Shown piece by piece: positions 1 through 14,336 of a DNA stretch of 42,622 bases. The translations under genes and the position numbers were made by a program. Each line of letters begins with the position of its first letter. The stretch's first letter is position 1. The notes under the pieces are model-generated. The model was given only the letters and a program-made list of their open reading frames with translations, did no database searches and had not been told where the DNA came from. Source of the stretch: Catajapyx aquilonaris (Eukaryota); contig JYFJ02003379.1 of assembly GCA_000934665.2 (NCBI GenBank), forward strand, positions 1 to 42,622, read 5' to 3'.

Positions 1-319
1 TCCCACTTTTTGTGGATCTGTCCACACGCTACACACTACACACTACAGCATTTGAAAATGTCAAACAAGTTTTATGGAGCAAGCTATCTGTTCACAGAAT
101 CTGGAAAAATGTCTTGCACTAATCTAGATGACCTATTATTACTCAGCTGATCTAGTTCTTGAAACACATGTAGAGCCTGCAGGGAGATATCCTATCCGGT
201 TATCACTTGATTCACTTCAGAAGTCCCCAGTTAACGAATGACCCAACTTACGGCGATCCATACTTACGAACAGGCTGCCAAGGCTCCCCAGAAGGATCAT
301 TTATAATAATGATCCCTCC

Positions 320-680
320 ACTTTCTATCACTTCTGTATACGTTGACCGACATCTCTAGTTCAACATACTGTATCATTAATAAATAATTGGGAAATTCCA
401 CACATGTAAACAAACACACATGATGTAAGCAGTTCATTGGAGCAGCATATTGATGCTGTATATATGTGCTGTTCCTCAGGGATTCCAGTTGCATACTAAT
501 CTGACTTATGGACATTTTCAGGGACGTAACTCTGTTCGTAGACTGGGGACCTGCATTTATATAATTTAACATTTTCACATTGCATCTCAAAAACACTGAC
601 AAGATCCCTGAAGTGAACTGTGGCCCTAAAACTAACGATGTTCATTTCCTCATATTTGCAGACGATATTTGCGTTCTAAT
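320..680 (+). mobile_element. Decayed LINE reverse-transcriptase fragment
   Basis: Remnant motifs in the expected order: tgtgctgttcctcaggga (CAVPQG), LGP-like, catttcctcatatttgcagacgat (HFLIFADD); frame is disrupted. Confidence 0.5.
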
Positions 681-1015
681 TGGTTACAACATGATGCAAA
701 ATTTACAGCATATGTCACCCCAACATCTTCCTAACCATTGGCCCACCAACTGAACACTGTATGTAAAGGAATAAAATGGCAATAATGTTTCTCTGGAATG
801 TAGTACACTTCCTGTGACTAAGTGGTTCTTCTGAGAGAATATGCTGCCCTTGTTCAGGCATAAACATTTATGTGTTCCCATTTAACCTCTTACCATCCTT
901 TTGGCATAACCAAATTGTACCCTGATGGTTATGGTGTACTGATTGTTTAACCCCTTATTGGGGTAATAAACCATTCATACATGTAATGATCACATTCATC
1001 ATTGTTATTATTATA

Positions 1016-1760
1016 CATGGGCTTAGTCAAAAGTCATGGCGCATATTTTTTAATTCAAAAACAGTAACACATACAGAGATGACCTTTACTAATTGTAAGT
1101 TTTAAAGCTCCTGTGATTACAATTTGATCTGGTATATAGATGTCGCCCATATCACAGGGGGGGCCGGTACACAAAAGGGGATCGTGAACTCCCTCCGCAC
1201 CATCGCCCTAAGACCGCCCAGGCATGATGCGCTTGGAACTGTTGCAGGAAACTCGGCGATAGACAACATCGGAGCTTGATTTCAAGTGTGGGACATTTGA
1301 CAGCACTATGCTCTGAAAGACTGAAAGGTCTCAGGAAGTTGGTGTCCTCAGTGGTTCCTCACAATCTCTGCTTTGCCCTCCCCCGGAAAACATTTTGAAC
1401 TTTTATCTATCGCATTGAGGGAAATGGTTTTGTAAATGGATTGTGGATATGGATGACATACCCCTCGGATCATAGTGCTCTGACTTGTCCCACACTCGAA
1501 AGCAAGCTCTTGTGTTGTCCATCACCATTTGTCGTGCATGCAGCGTCCAACAGCTCCAAGTGTGTCAGGCTTGGGCAGTCTTAGGGCAATGGTGCAGTGG
1601 GGGGGTCAAGATACCCTTTTGTTTCCTGGCCCCCTCTGCGATATGGACGACATCTATATATCAGATCAAATTGTAATCACCGGAGCTTCAAAACTGAGCA
1701 GAGATCCTCTCTGTATGTGTTACCGCTTTTGAATTTAAAAATACTTTTACTCAACCCACG
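1016..1760. mobile_element. Non-autonomous DNA element with long (about 300 bp) imperfect inverted arms and TA flanks (Tc1/mariner-type)
   Basis: For example gtgattacaatttgatctggtatatagatgtcgcccatatc (about 1112-1152) is the near reverse complement of 1640-1680; TA at 1014 and 1761. Confidence 0.75.
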
Positions 1761-1968
1761 TATTAATTAGACCTATGTGCAATTGTGCATGTTCAATAAA
1801 CTCATGTAGCACTTCTCTAAGTTGAAGAGGCAGAAACCAAATAAATCAAATACCAAGAAATATTAGGCTCTTTATGACTAGCTGTCATATGGAGTGCTCT
1901 CTAAGACAATACCAAAAGTCACATTGCTAAAGCAGCCCATTTCTTTTAAACAAACACAGTAGACTGAC

Positions 1969-2225
1969 CTCAGCACAATGGTTAGTTCGATGTCATCACT
2001 GAGCCTGTCCAGAGCATAGGTCCCTTCCACCCGGATGGCATTAACCTTGTCCCGCAAGGCTTGGTTGCTCCCTATTGGTGGATGCCTCTCTCTCAGGATA
2101 TCCATAATGTTGGGCTGCCTGAGAAAGGCCACCACCTTGTCGTTGTATGCCGTTGGGATGTCCAATACCACATGGGCAAAAGCAGAGCAGTTGCTGTTTA
2201 GAGGACGAGGTGGGGGCATTGGGGC
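1969..2225 (-). CDS. HECW: HECW coding exon 8 (helical region before HECT)
   Basis: IPTAYNDKVVAFLRQPNIMDILRER...LRDKVNAIRVEGTYALDRLSDDIELTIVL; donor AG|GTCAGT. Confidence 0.9.
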
Positions 2226-5200
2226 CTGTCAAGAGATAAGACATTTCAGGTTAGCAACATCTGTCCTATAACTTGTCATACACCTTCTTTTGCTAAATAA
2301 GTTGTTTCTCAATGGAAAGGTTGCATTTTATGAAGTAAACCCAGAACAAATGGTTCTTCTCATGTTATTGACATTGTATTAGTAATATCAGTAATGCACA
2401 TACCCTCATAGGCATCAAGTCTTCCTCTTCTCCAAGGCTACGACTCCTTCTCCATGAGTTGGACAGCATTGTCTTGTGAGGGTTGATGTACGGAGCATCT
2501 ATGGGAAGCCTGGGATCGATAAACGTGGTGGTTTTGGATGTGTGGTCTATAAAGAACTGCTTCCCATTCTTATCAAATTTTGTCTCCCAAGCCCTTGGAA
2601 GATCCCTGGCAGTGTCCGCAAAGAGGTTCAGTAGAGCTACCAAATCTCTATTGTGCTGATATCGCTCAAAGTTTTGCAGGGACCTCCGTATCTTGGAAAT
2701 CATGTGCTTGAGTGAGCTGATCCGGTTGTACATGCACATGGCTTCCTCATTCATGTGAAGTATGGAAAAGAAGTCTGATCGGGTCAAGAACTTCACTGCT
2801 GGAGCCCCCATAATCAGCTCACGTTGCTGGTCAGGGGTGAAGAGAGCACTAGCACCATTCTGCGGATCTTCAAAGTCATTTCGTCTGCTTGTGATGGTTC
2901 GACGAATGCTCTGGTAGCGACGATCCAGCTGTTGTCGTTGCAAGTCATTTGCACTTGATCGTGTCCGTTGTCCACCATTTCCAGTTGGTCGTTGCCAAGT
3001 TGTAGTGCGATGCAAGTGATCAATATAAAAAACACGTCCATGGCTGTCAATTCGTGCCTCCCAATGTGCTGGTAATGGCTCTTCCCCTGGGCCAAGCTCC
3101 ACCCGCTGGAACTTGAAAGTTCGCTCAGGGATAGAGGGGAGGCGTGTAGTTGGCGCATGCTGGGATGGCGACAGAGACAGTGGCGAGACTGACAGTGGTG
3201 ACACACTCTCTGGCGGTGTCAAAGCCATACGAGGACGGGTGCCATTTAGGTGGTGGTGTGAAGGTGGTGGTGGTTGGGGTTCCCATTGCTGTGGGAACTG
3301 TGGTGGTGCACTCACCTGGTTCAGACAAATTAGTTTGTTAGTTACATCAGGGAGAGTAATACAACAGAAAACACTGTTAAAGAATCATCAGTAATACTTA
3401 GGAAATATCAAATGTATTGACTTTAGTCTTCCTTACATTAATATTTCTGCTCAACTCAGCCTAAGACAAGAAGCCTTCATGTCAATAAATGCATTTGGCC
3501 ACCTTGAAGGCTCGTCATATTTACATGGTCACTTGTAAAAGCAGCCCTTCTATATCCCTGACTAACAGGATATGAGAAAAATGCTACTTGACACTGAAAT
3601 ATCATTCCTCCCTACGTCTCTTTTTATAATAATAGATCTTTGACTCTATCTCTCACTAACCTCAACATCACACAGACATTCTTCAATGCAGGGATTCTTT
3701 TGTTAAATTCATAAATCAGTGGCTACAATTCATGCATAAGTAAACAACACTTATGCTTCTAACATTTCCTCCTTTGATGTTAAAAATCCCAGTTCTGCGC
3801 AAATGAAGTACTGAATGTCTTCTTGTACCCTCTACCCTATTCTTCTCATTCCCATGAATGCAACTTTAAAGCAAGCCTGTGTCAATTGAGTCTCAAGAAG
3901 CGTTATGCCATGCAGATAAAGTGGTGAGAAATATCCATACTTGTCGCCTGTGATGTGTTGGTGTAGGTGGACACTGTGGGATTGGGCTGGCAGCCCGCTG
4001 AAGCAACCTATTCTGTGGTCTCACTGGTACACGTGGCGCAAATTCAGACACTTCAGGGTTGGAAACACGCCGGGGGAAGTTGGATGGCAATGGCATATCA
4101 TTGTCAGTATTCCAGTCCTTCCTTTTGCGACGCCGATGGACACTTCCACCATCCCAGCTAGGAGTGCGGTGGTGAGATGAACGAGGCTCACGATCTGCAT
4201 ACAGTAAGTGATGCTGCCGATGATTATTATTCAGAGGTGATCTTCGTTCCTGCTCTTCATCGACATCATGCACTTCAATCTTGATGTTTACTGGTACAGC
4301 AGGCTCTTCTGCTACAATGTTCATCTCCTCAGTAGCTTCAGAACTATCCAGATCAGAGCTGGACTCACGGCGACCGGCGCCTGAGAGGTCATTCTGGACA
4401 TCATCTGAGCTGCATGTTGAAGTTTGAAGAGAATCTGAAGGTGGAACTGTCAGCTCATTTGAAGGTTGAGGAGACAAAAGTGTAGGAGTTGCATTGTTGT
4501 CCTCTGGAGAGCACACTATGTTTGGAGGCTGCTGTTGGCATGTTGAAGGTGATGGATCAGCTGTCCGAATGGGGCTCGGGCACACCTGTGAGTAGATATT
4601 AGTATTAAAGTGGCAGAAGTCTTGCAAGGGAGTGCTAGGTGTGAAAGATTCTTTTATTGAAAGCTGCTTAATAAGATTGGGGCTGTCATGTTCCATGCTA
4701 CAATTACTTGACTACTTCAGAAACAAATGTTTCTTTGGCAAATATTTCATCAGATAGAAGACATTGAACTAAAAATTGGTTAATTCTCCAGTTCAAGAGG
4801 AGGATAAGGAAAGGTGTTATGGATTATTTATCCCATCAGCCTTGAAGTAGTAGTTTTAGAGTCAGCTCAGTGTGTATCAATCCATCATGTTGGGGCTTTA
4901 ACCATGCACATACGGTTATAACACAAATCTCAGCAATCTTTTGATATCTTTTGTGTAGGCCTGTGCAACACCTGCAGAGAGACTTACTGTAACCCAACAG
5001 GAAGGAGCACATCACACAGCAAATCAGATTAGGCATTTGCATTGTGGTACTTTGAATGAAAGTAAGCTTATCAGATTATTTTCGTTTAAAAATTTAAAAA
5101 TTTCGCAGAGCCAAACAGTACCTGGCTTGTAGTATAATTGGGCACACACCAGTTTGACACACAAATATACGGGAGGGTACACTTCCCAAGTCTCCAGTTC

Positions 5201-8200
5201 AAGCAGGGTCAAGGAATATACCATCAGCTGCTTATCCCAGAAATCAGTTTAAAGAGAACCGACCTGTTGGAAGCAACTTTCATAGCCAAATTCATTTTAA
5301 ACTCTTTAAGATGGCCACGGATATACAGGGTGTATCTGAACTCAGTGCCCCGACATATATGACTGCCTTCCTAGCCACCAGAGGATCGATTTAAATATAG
5401 GAGTCATATGTCTTGACAGCCTCATTACTGAGATACACTCTTTAGCGATTTTTGCCTAATCGCTCCTTCTGACTTTTAAATAGAACTTTCTGGTGTAACT
5501 AGCCAAAGAGGCCTTACCACCTGTGGGCAACAAACCAACAAAGTCTCGCCCCCAGACCTTCCAGAGCCTTCTGACTGGGGGAGGGTTCGATGGGTGGCCT
5601 AACCGACAGGATATTTTGTACTACATGTTTGCGGCCAATTATCTCCGTAATGAGGCTGCCCAGACATATGACTCCTATATTTAAATCGATCCTCTGGTGG
5701 CTAGGAAGGCAGTCATATACGTCGGGGCACTGAGTTCAGATACACCCTGTAGAATCAACACGATGTTCCAAAACTCCCTCTTTAACTGGGGGCATCTACA
5801 TTTGCCCTGCAATTTTTTTTTTTGTTAGAATGGGCAATTTATAACTCCATGCTATTTGTTCATAGAACCTACAAGGAACTATTGCCAACTCCATGCACAC
5901 AATATTAATAGGCCTATAAGGCAGGGATGCTTGAGTATAACACAATCTCATTCCTCTTTTTCTAAAACTGCCCACAATAAGAAAAACAATACGACTATTT
6001 TAAAATAAGGTTCTGAAGAAAACTTAATTCCTTACAACTACCTGCGGCAGCTCAATTGAGTCGTTGGGGTCTGAACATGAACTCAGGTCCATAAAGTTGA
6101 CTTCCAAGTTGTCCTGACCTGGAACTGACAAGGACTTGGATGCAGGAACACGGTGGCATTGATTGGTTGGAGTAGCATCATCATCTTCCTCTGGCTCAAC
6201 CACTTCAGGACATGGAGATGTTGCCACTGGGCGTTCTGTCTTGTTGTTGATATCCACTACAGCAAGGCTCTCAACAGATGATGCATCAAAAAGTGGCAGG
6301 TCAGCTTCTGGAGTTGCTAATGGTGCTGTCGGCTGTGATGTTTGATGTGGGACTTCTTGCGACACTTCCTGTGGTAGGGATGTTGGTCTTGCCACGTCCT
6401 GTGAGGGCGATGTCGCCAGCGACGGCCCCTCGGCCTTCCATTTCTTCTTGTCACGCTGTTGATGGTGTGGGCATGGCACTGTTGCTGACCTTCTGGGCAT
6501 ACCTCGGACTTCATCAAGATCAACTATCTCGAAATTGAAGCTGTCCTCTGGATTTACAAAGCGCCGGGGTCGAGGTGGTGGTTCTGGTGGATGAACATTA
6601 TTGTTGGCAAGGTCACCATTGTGATACTGCAATGCCTTGGTTCGTGACAATGGACGGTGTGCCGGTGAGAAGCCACGAGGAGGTAAAGGTGGTGGTACTT
6701 CTGCACACTGTGGATAGAGTGTCTCATATGGTTCATCTGGTTTGGGTGCCTTCCACCAAACATGATCATCAACTTTCGTACGCACTCGACCATTCTTGTC
6801 CCATGCCTCAGCAGCCTCGTTCTCACGCACTGCAACTCTTCCTCGCATCTTTCCACCTTTTTTTGGAGGGTCCAGATTGGCCCGCCCATTCACCAACCCA
6901 TTTGCAACCCCAGCCTTTCGTCTCAACTTGGCGCTGCACTCAGGTTCAGATTCACTCTCTGAACTTGCCCTCCATATATCCTCCAAATGTTTTCGACGTG
7001 CCCACCATTCAACTCCAGGTTTGTTTTTTCCTCTAGTCTTGGCCTCCTCTGACTCATCAATTTCACTAGCAGTGAACACCAATGGCATGGCCTGGCCACC
7101 TTGGTCATTTGATATCACATACTGGTGTAAAGGAGGTGGTGCATTTTCAACTCCAGCAGTAAAACAGACAGTGGCAACACTGGATTCAGAGGAGGTTAGC
7201 TTGGCCTCAAACTGGCGAGGGGCTTCCCGGAGGGCATTGACTGGAATGCTGGCACGGCCCAGACAACGACTGCTCAAGGGCCGACGCTTGCGGAATCTAT
7301 CTTTCACCTCCAGTTCTAAGATGTCACTTGGGTAGGCCACAAACTTGAACTCCTGATGGATAAGAAAAGCATGACTTTAGAAACTTAATTCAGATGCTCT
7401 AGTAATCTAACTCATGAAGTGTGGTTCCAAACATGCAATACTAACGAAGATTAGAACTATACCTGTTCCTCCCAGGACGGATGAGTCGTATTCTCCTTCA
7501 CAGCTGATCTCACCTCCTGCCCATGATGTGGAAGGAGTAACACTCCTGGCCCCATAGCAGGCCTTATCCTAAGCTTCACATATGGATCCGGATTAAACAG
7601 AAGGCCCTTTCGCAGTCCAAATGCATTCAAATCTGTGGATTTAACACCATCGAATTAGTGAGATTGTCCAGCTCAAAAATTACTCTACTTACTTACTTGA
7701 GACAGTGAAGTAGACCAGATCGGCCTGCTCCACACAACCTGAGGGCTCGACTGCCTCGCTCTTGGTTCCTTCTTCGTCCGAACTCTCCACAAAGGTGGTT
7801 GCTTCGACAGGAGGATGGCATACTTTGACCGATGGAGAGCTGGCCAGGCAGGCCCCACTCATGCCACTGTAGTAGCAAAAGCAGATCTCACTGCAGCCTG
7901 TACATGAGGAAGTGAAAATTTAAAAAATCATCAGTGACAATAACCACCAATTTTTGGTCTATTAAGTCACTGATCTAGTCATACACTGGGAAAAAGACAC
8001 TCATGAATGACTCATCTCTGGCTTTCCTGCCTCTTTTTCTAAATAATTTCCTATCCAGAATGTGAAATCTTATATTCACTTCACCTTCCATACTTCCACT
8101 GTTTATATTGAGTTGACATATTCGCGAACCTAATATATCACAGAAATAACTTATTCACAGTCAAGTTATTAAGCACCGAAAATTATCTGTTCAACTGTTG

Positions 8201-11200
8201 GAACCTTGTGCAATGTGCATCCTGTACCACCTCAGTACACTGTTTACAATTTAGTAGTGGTATTGTTTAAAATCAAACCTTAGTGGTCCTCTTTATTCTG
8301 GCACACAAAACGATAGATAATGGGTTGTCTCTGTACTCCTGCCATTGATATGTGCTGCCCTGATTCAACAACTTAACATGAAGAGCTGAATGGCATCCCC
8401 CAGAGCATGTCAAAGGGTAAAACCAAGCCAGCAGTTTCGTTTGAGTTGAAGGATGTCGAATTTCAAGTACAATTTAATGCTCAAGTTCCGCCTGAAATTG
8501 TTGCAATCATGTAACATGCTACCAGGAATACTTCTGGCAGACAGGGAAGTTCATGTTGTTCCCCCCGCCCCCCCAACGAAGGTTTAACTGATCACAAAGT
8601 ATTATGGAGGAATGCACACAGGTTGTCTAACTTGATACATCAGCGCTGAAAAATAATAACCTGCTGTGTGAAATGACCACTTTTCATCCTTACAAAATCA
8701 TTTAATTTTAAAGGTACTATGTAGATTAAGTCAACCATTTACTTTTAAAGGTACCATATAGACTCAAAATCTATGTGGGTACCTTTAAAATTAAGCGGTT
8801 TTTTAAGGCTTCCTGAGAAGTTGTCATTTCACACAGGTTTTTATTTTACAGCAACAATATATTGATTCAATTTTCCCCCTACTATTCGCTGTCACTTCAT
8901 AGCCCTTCAAGCTTGCACTCATTTTACTTACTGTCAAATGGTTCTTATGATATCACAAAATGTGGTGTTCTTTAAATGCAAGTTGCAGTAAATGATGCCA
9001 ATATTAGTCAAGGCACACATCATTTGCAACACACTGGGAAGTTCTGCTGCAACTTCCAGATAAAATATTTTGCGAAGCAAAACCTCTGTTTAAAAAAAAG
9101 TAACAAATTATACACACAGAAATTAGAGCTCTTCTCCTGACAGAAACTTACACAGTTGGAGCACAAAAGCATAATGAAGAATGTAATCCTGCTTCAGTTA
9201 AGTGTATTCAAAACTAACAGCTTAAAGTCTCTAATAATAATCAATCAAGATGCTGAAGGGTAACTGTAAATGAACGAATTTGAAGACAAAAGCAGACCGA
9301 TGTATGTTTTCTTAAGTTAAATGGTATTGGCAGTATTACCTTGTAGCACCAGAATGGCCAGACAAGCAAGGGAAAGTTATAAAAAAAAAGTGCATGGGAG
9401 CCAAATGACAGGATTGGGATTTGGGCTTCCTATAGGATTTGGAACAGGGCCAGTTTTATGCATACCCCACGGTATAAGTTGCTGGTGCGGCTCCAAAACC
9501 CAGGCGGTCTTTCCCGATGCTGCGCCAACAGTGCCCTGGCCCTTCCGATCCAGCCACTTCAATGGGTCGTCCTCATCTGAGTGGGAAAGATTGTAAGATA
9601 CAATTAGTGCACTGCAATGTGAACAAGTGGAAGCCTCCACATTAACCACACAGAGCGTGGCATCATTTTCACACTTCACGCGTGCAATTTGGCCTGAAGT
9701 GTGGGCCCCTTTTTACCTGCCTGTGACAACCCTTTCATCAAAGTCGCATCAGGCCAGGGCCAGAAATTCACCTCATCGACCGGACATGTCTGCTGCACTG
9801 CCTTCATTGAGATTCCCCCAGGCTCCTCATACATATGCAATCAGGCAATTACTCGTCTAGGCCACTCTCAACATTTCCAAACACTGACTGCACAGCCTCC
9901 TCCGACCCACCCATCCAACCTCCCTTTTTCTTTTCTTCTTCCCCAAGTATAAGGATGAAAAAGGAGGCAAGTGTCCAAAGGAGGAGTGGTTCCCCCCGTC
10001 CTCCCTCATTTTCGCTTTCCCAGGTCAATAAACCGTTCCTGTGATGTAACGTGCTGGGGTTAACATCTGACAGTGACTTTTATACAGATGTAATGTTTTG
10101 GCATCAGTGCGCTGCTTTCATTCTGCACAGAGATTCATTACCATACTTACATCACTCCAGAAACCCAGTCTAACTAAATTTCCTTTTTAAAATCTTAAAA
10201 AATTTAAACAGGAATGTAATTATTATCGACTGGACTTCATGTATATATTTAATTTCCTATGCGGAAAATCCCTATCATTATTTTACTACGTTACACTGCA
10301 AGTTGTGATGAGCATAGTACCGGTACGTAAAACTGTAAATTGAGTTACGTGACACATGAATTTCCACAGAAAAATTGCGACAATCTCATTTTTTCCCTTT
10401 CCAAAAACTACAAAAGTGAGGCAAGACATTTGTCATGTCTCCTTGTTCATTTAACGCCCAAAACCCACTGTGACCTCACTTAATCTCTTGGGAATCGTGT
10501 GCAAATTACAAAACCAATTTCTGAGAGCTGGATTTCCACCTCATTATGACTGAAAACTTTCATCACTCACCTCTCTCCCCCTCTCCACCCCCTGGAGCTT
10601 ATTAAACCATGGTAACTCATCTCTTACAGACCATCCAAGTCTGAAGAATAACGACCCAGAGAATTTTCCTTACCAAAATCGGAGCACTATAGGAGAGGGC
10701 GATATTTTCTGCTAAAAAGACTCCTGATGAGCTTCCTTTTTGGCCCTAGGCAACTTTTTACTTCCTTCACTATGGAAAAGCTCGCCAAATTTAATTAGCT
10801 TCCTTTTAAAACCTCACGCCTGCGAAATACCACTCTTGTCCTTGTGATACTTGGTAAGCTCCCAAGAGGATTGTCTCCTCCTCAAGAATGTGGGCATAGA
10901 TCAGTTGTAGCCAACTGGTTGACCCAAAACGTGAGCTTGGATATTGTGTATTTTCCACACTATAAAAGGAAAACCACATAAAACCGCAACAGGCCATATG
11001 ACCCAGATTTCATGGATGTTTCAGCACTGGTCCAGAAAAGTTATGAGGAAGCTGCGGGTTTTCCGATGCAGACACATGTGCTGTTGCACAACAAGAGAAG
11101 AGCTCATAATGTTTGCAATGATGGACAGACGTCACTACCAGAATTTGCGCTCTTTTTGCACCTGAGCCAATAACCCACTTCAATGTAACCCTCGGCGTAT

Positions 11201-14200
11201 GATTTACGCGGCAGTAAATGTTCTTATGCATTATGTTCGTGTTAAAAATAAATTGCGTACGTGGTAAACTTCACGTACGTCCCAGTGAGATACCGATACT
11301 GCGTTTTGAGTACGTGAATGGGGAAAAATGTTTTTGCTTGGTACACTTACGTACACGCATGATATTACGCAGTAATTACGTGTGATAATTACAACCCACG
11401 TAAAGTACGGTCCGGTTGATTAAAAATGTATATACCTACACAATGGTGAATCCATGTTTCAATAAAACTATTTGCAAAATTAAAACCCAAGCACACCCCA
11501 TGGTACAATTACGCTTCGAATTGACACGACTATACACTCCCTTTTCCGCACAAAAAGTCGTATTAGGACCGTCTCAAGTAATTGACTGTCGGATACGCGA
11601 CCCTCCACTGTAATAGTAATCAAAATAATGAAGCATTTGATGCCTCCCCAGTGCATGCCCCTAGCTCTTTCATTTGCCTCTACGAAGCAAACACCGTTGA
11701 TAGGTGCTGTACGCGTAATTCGCAAAAAGTGCATTCTGCAGATACGGTAAATATCCTTCGGGGGAATTACAGCGCATGCCATGAACCATGTTGTCGCAAA
11801 CATCCGTTGCGTAATTTTGCATCAAATTCCACAAAATTTTGACACGTCCAAATATTGACCCATCTGGTCACTTCCCGCAATTAAATTTCAGCACTGGTAC
11901 GCACCCTTTTTTTTAAAACCTTCCCAGCAAATCCCGACCCTTCCAGCAGTTCCGACACTTCGGCACCCACTAAAAAGCAAAACCGCAAGCACGCTCTGAG
12001 AGGAAGGTCGCTCCTAAACACTGGTCACGTATCACTGCTTGACCCACCACATACCCGAATCCGGGTGTGTTCCAGATGCAGGATGTTCCGGAGTGACCTA
12101 CATCCGTCCGGCGGCTGCAACAGGGTAAATTCAAAGTATCGATCTAAGGCTCGAGGGGGGGAGTGAGGGGGGACGGGTGGGTACAGGGTGGGATGGGGGT
12201 GGGTGGGGGCATGTGTGTGGATGATGCAGTATGGGATTTTTTTTAAAAAAAACTCTAGGAGAGAAAAAGTACAGAACGCAGGTCCTGTCGGTATGACTCC
12301 CGATTGTCAACTGTGCACCAGCACTGCGACTGCCCCCCTCGACACTCCGCCCCAGCCTCGATCATTTCCAGCTCCTTGGCAGCCGAAAAGGAAATAAATG
12401 TCAGGTGGTGGGTGGGGATGGCCCCGATCGACAAAAATGCATTTTAAAAAAGGTCGGCAAATTGTGCAGGGTTCATGGCACCCAGAGGCACACCCCACGA
12501 AATTGCGCACAATAATGGGGCATCTACGATTTCTCCGAAAGTTACCACTAGATGTTTTTAACAATATTTCATAATTTATTTAATATTTTCATTTTAATAT
12601 TGAAGTCATGTAATATTTTCATTTAATATTGAAGTCGTAATATTTTCATTTTAATATTTATTTATTTATTTATTTATTTTGGCTACCCCGTATCAGGGCC
12701 AGAGGTCATCTTGGGGGGATATTTTCATTTTAATATTGAAGTCATGTAATATTTTCATTTAATATTGAAGTCGTAATATTTTCATTTTAATATTTATTTA
12801 TTTATTTATTTATTTTGGCTACCCCGTATCAGGGCCAGAGGTCATCTTGGGGGGATATTTTCATTTTAATATTGAAGTCATGTAATATTTTCATTTCAAT
12901 ATTGAAGTCATGTAATATTTTCATTTTAATATTTAATTGTACAAATGACAGTTAATTCAATCAAATTTAATTGTCCACATACAGTAATATATGGCATAAT
13001 CACAGTGTTGCGCATTGTCTGAAGCGAACCATAACGATGATGCCTCGGATTGGTCCAGCAATAGCCAACCAGCAAGTCCCAGGTCGGAGCCCCCGCCTCC
13101 TTCCTCTCTATTGCCCAGCCCCACGTTCAGGCGCGGAACAAACGCGTCCAATTTTGTCACCGCGGTTTTCCAAATCGGGAACTGGCTTACTAACCTGCCT
13201 CACGGTGTAACAACCCGGTCCACGCTCGCGTTATCGTCAGGATGACACCCTCAGAATTCTACGCTGCACACACACTCATGAGAATTCCTAGTGGCATCCT
13301 TTTCCGCCCACACCTGCCGCCTCCTTTTCATACAAAAATAGCGGATTGGGTTGGGAGGGGGCCCAGATGAACGCATCGCCTCCGGAAACCGAGTTCCGGT
13401 TGTTCGAAGCTAGAGGAGGAGGGGGGGTGGGCCAGCTAGGCACAAACAGGAGGAAAAAGGACCCAAATTTGGTCCTGTATATATGACACCCCCATGGAGA
13501 CTCGCACGCTACCAGGTTTTTTATCCGGAAACAGCTCAGTCCCCATTCAATTGCGACTTCCGCTGGGATTTCAGGCTTATTGCTCTTTCATCCATGATTC
13601 ACTGGTTCCGGGCATATCGGCTGGCTGTATATAAGATGTCGTGTAATCAGAATATTTATTATGCTGCCCAGAGTGAGTGTTCATTATGTTTCCCAAGGCT
13701 GAAGTACTCTACACCGTATTACATCGCTCTACTGTTGCAAAAAGGCAAGGACAGTACCTATTTATATCGGTGGTGTAAAACTTTATGGCTTCAACATCCT
13801 ATACTTTTACTACTGCCATTTCTCTTGATTATGCACATAATATTGGCAGTACTCGAAACTGCAGGATAACTAATCCGATCTATATGACATTGCTGCAGTT
13901 ACAATTACCTCGAAAATAGCAGCGCCGGACTCATTAAATGGCAATTTCCTTATCCAAAAACTGACTAATGATCCCATGCAATCGACTAGGAATAAATCGC
14001 GCGATCGATCCAGACTCAACGTATAATCAAGTCACAGCGGTAGTCAGCTTATGCGGAAATGCTTTTTCTTCATTTCTCACCTTTCTGCACACCCTACTCT
14101 GCGTGACCATTGTCATTACAGCGCATTACAAGCTTATTTGTGCGCACCCTTCAGAATCCCATAGCCGCACATTAGCAACCTTGCAAGGTAACACACCTTT

Positions 14201-14265
14201 TGCATGTGTCCCTGTCCAACATTGTCAATGTACAAAAAGGAAGGCCAGCTTCCAGTAGGCCCTAC

Positions 14266-14336
<71 letters not shown>

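Noticed and set aside
1..1968. Next HECW exon / HECT domain
   Set aside because: No matching coding sequence found; the region holds transposon remnants, so the exon is presumably outside the window.
6163..7335. Several plus-strand and alternate-frame ORFs
   Set aside because: They are shadows of the long HECW exon.
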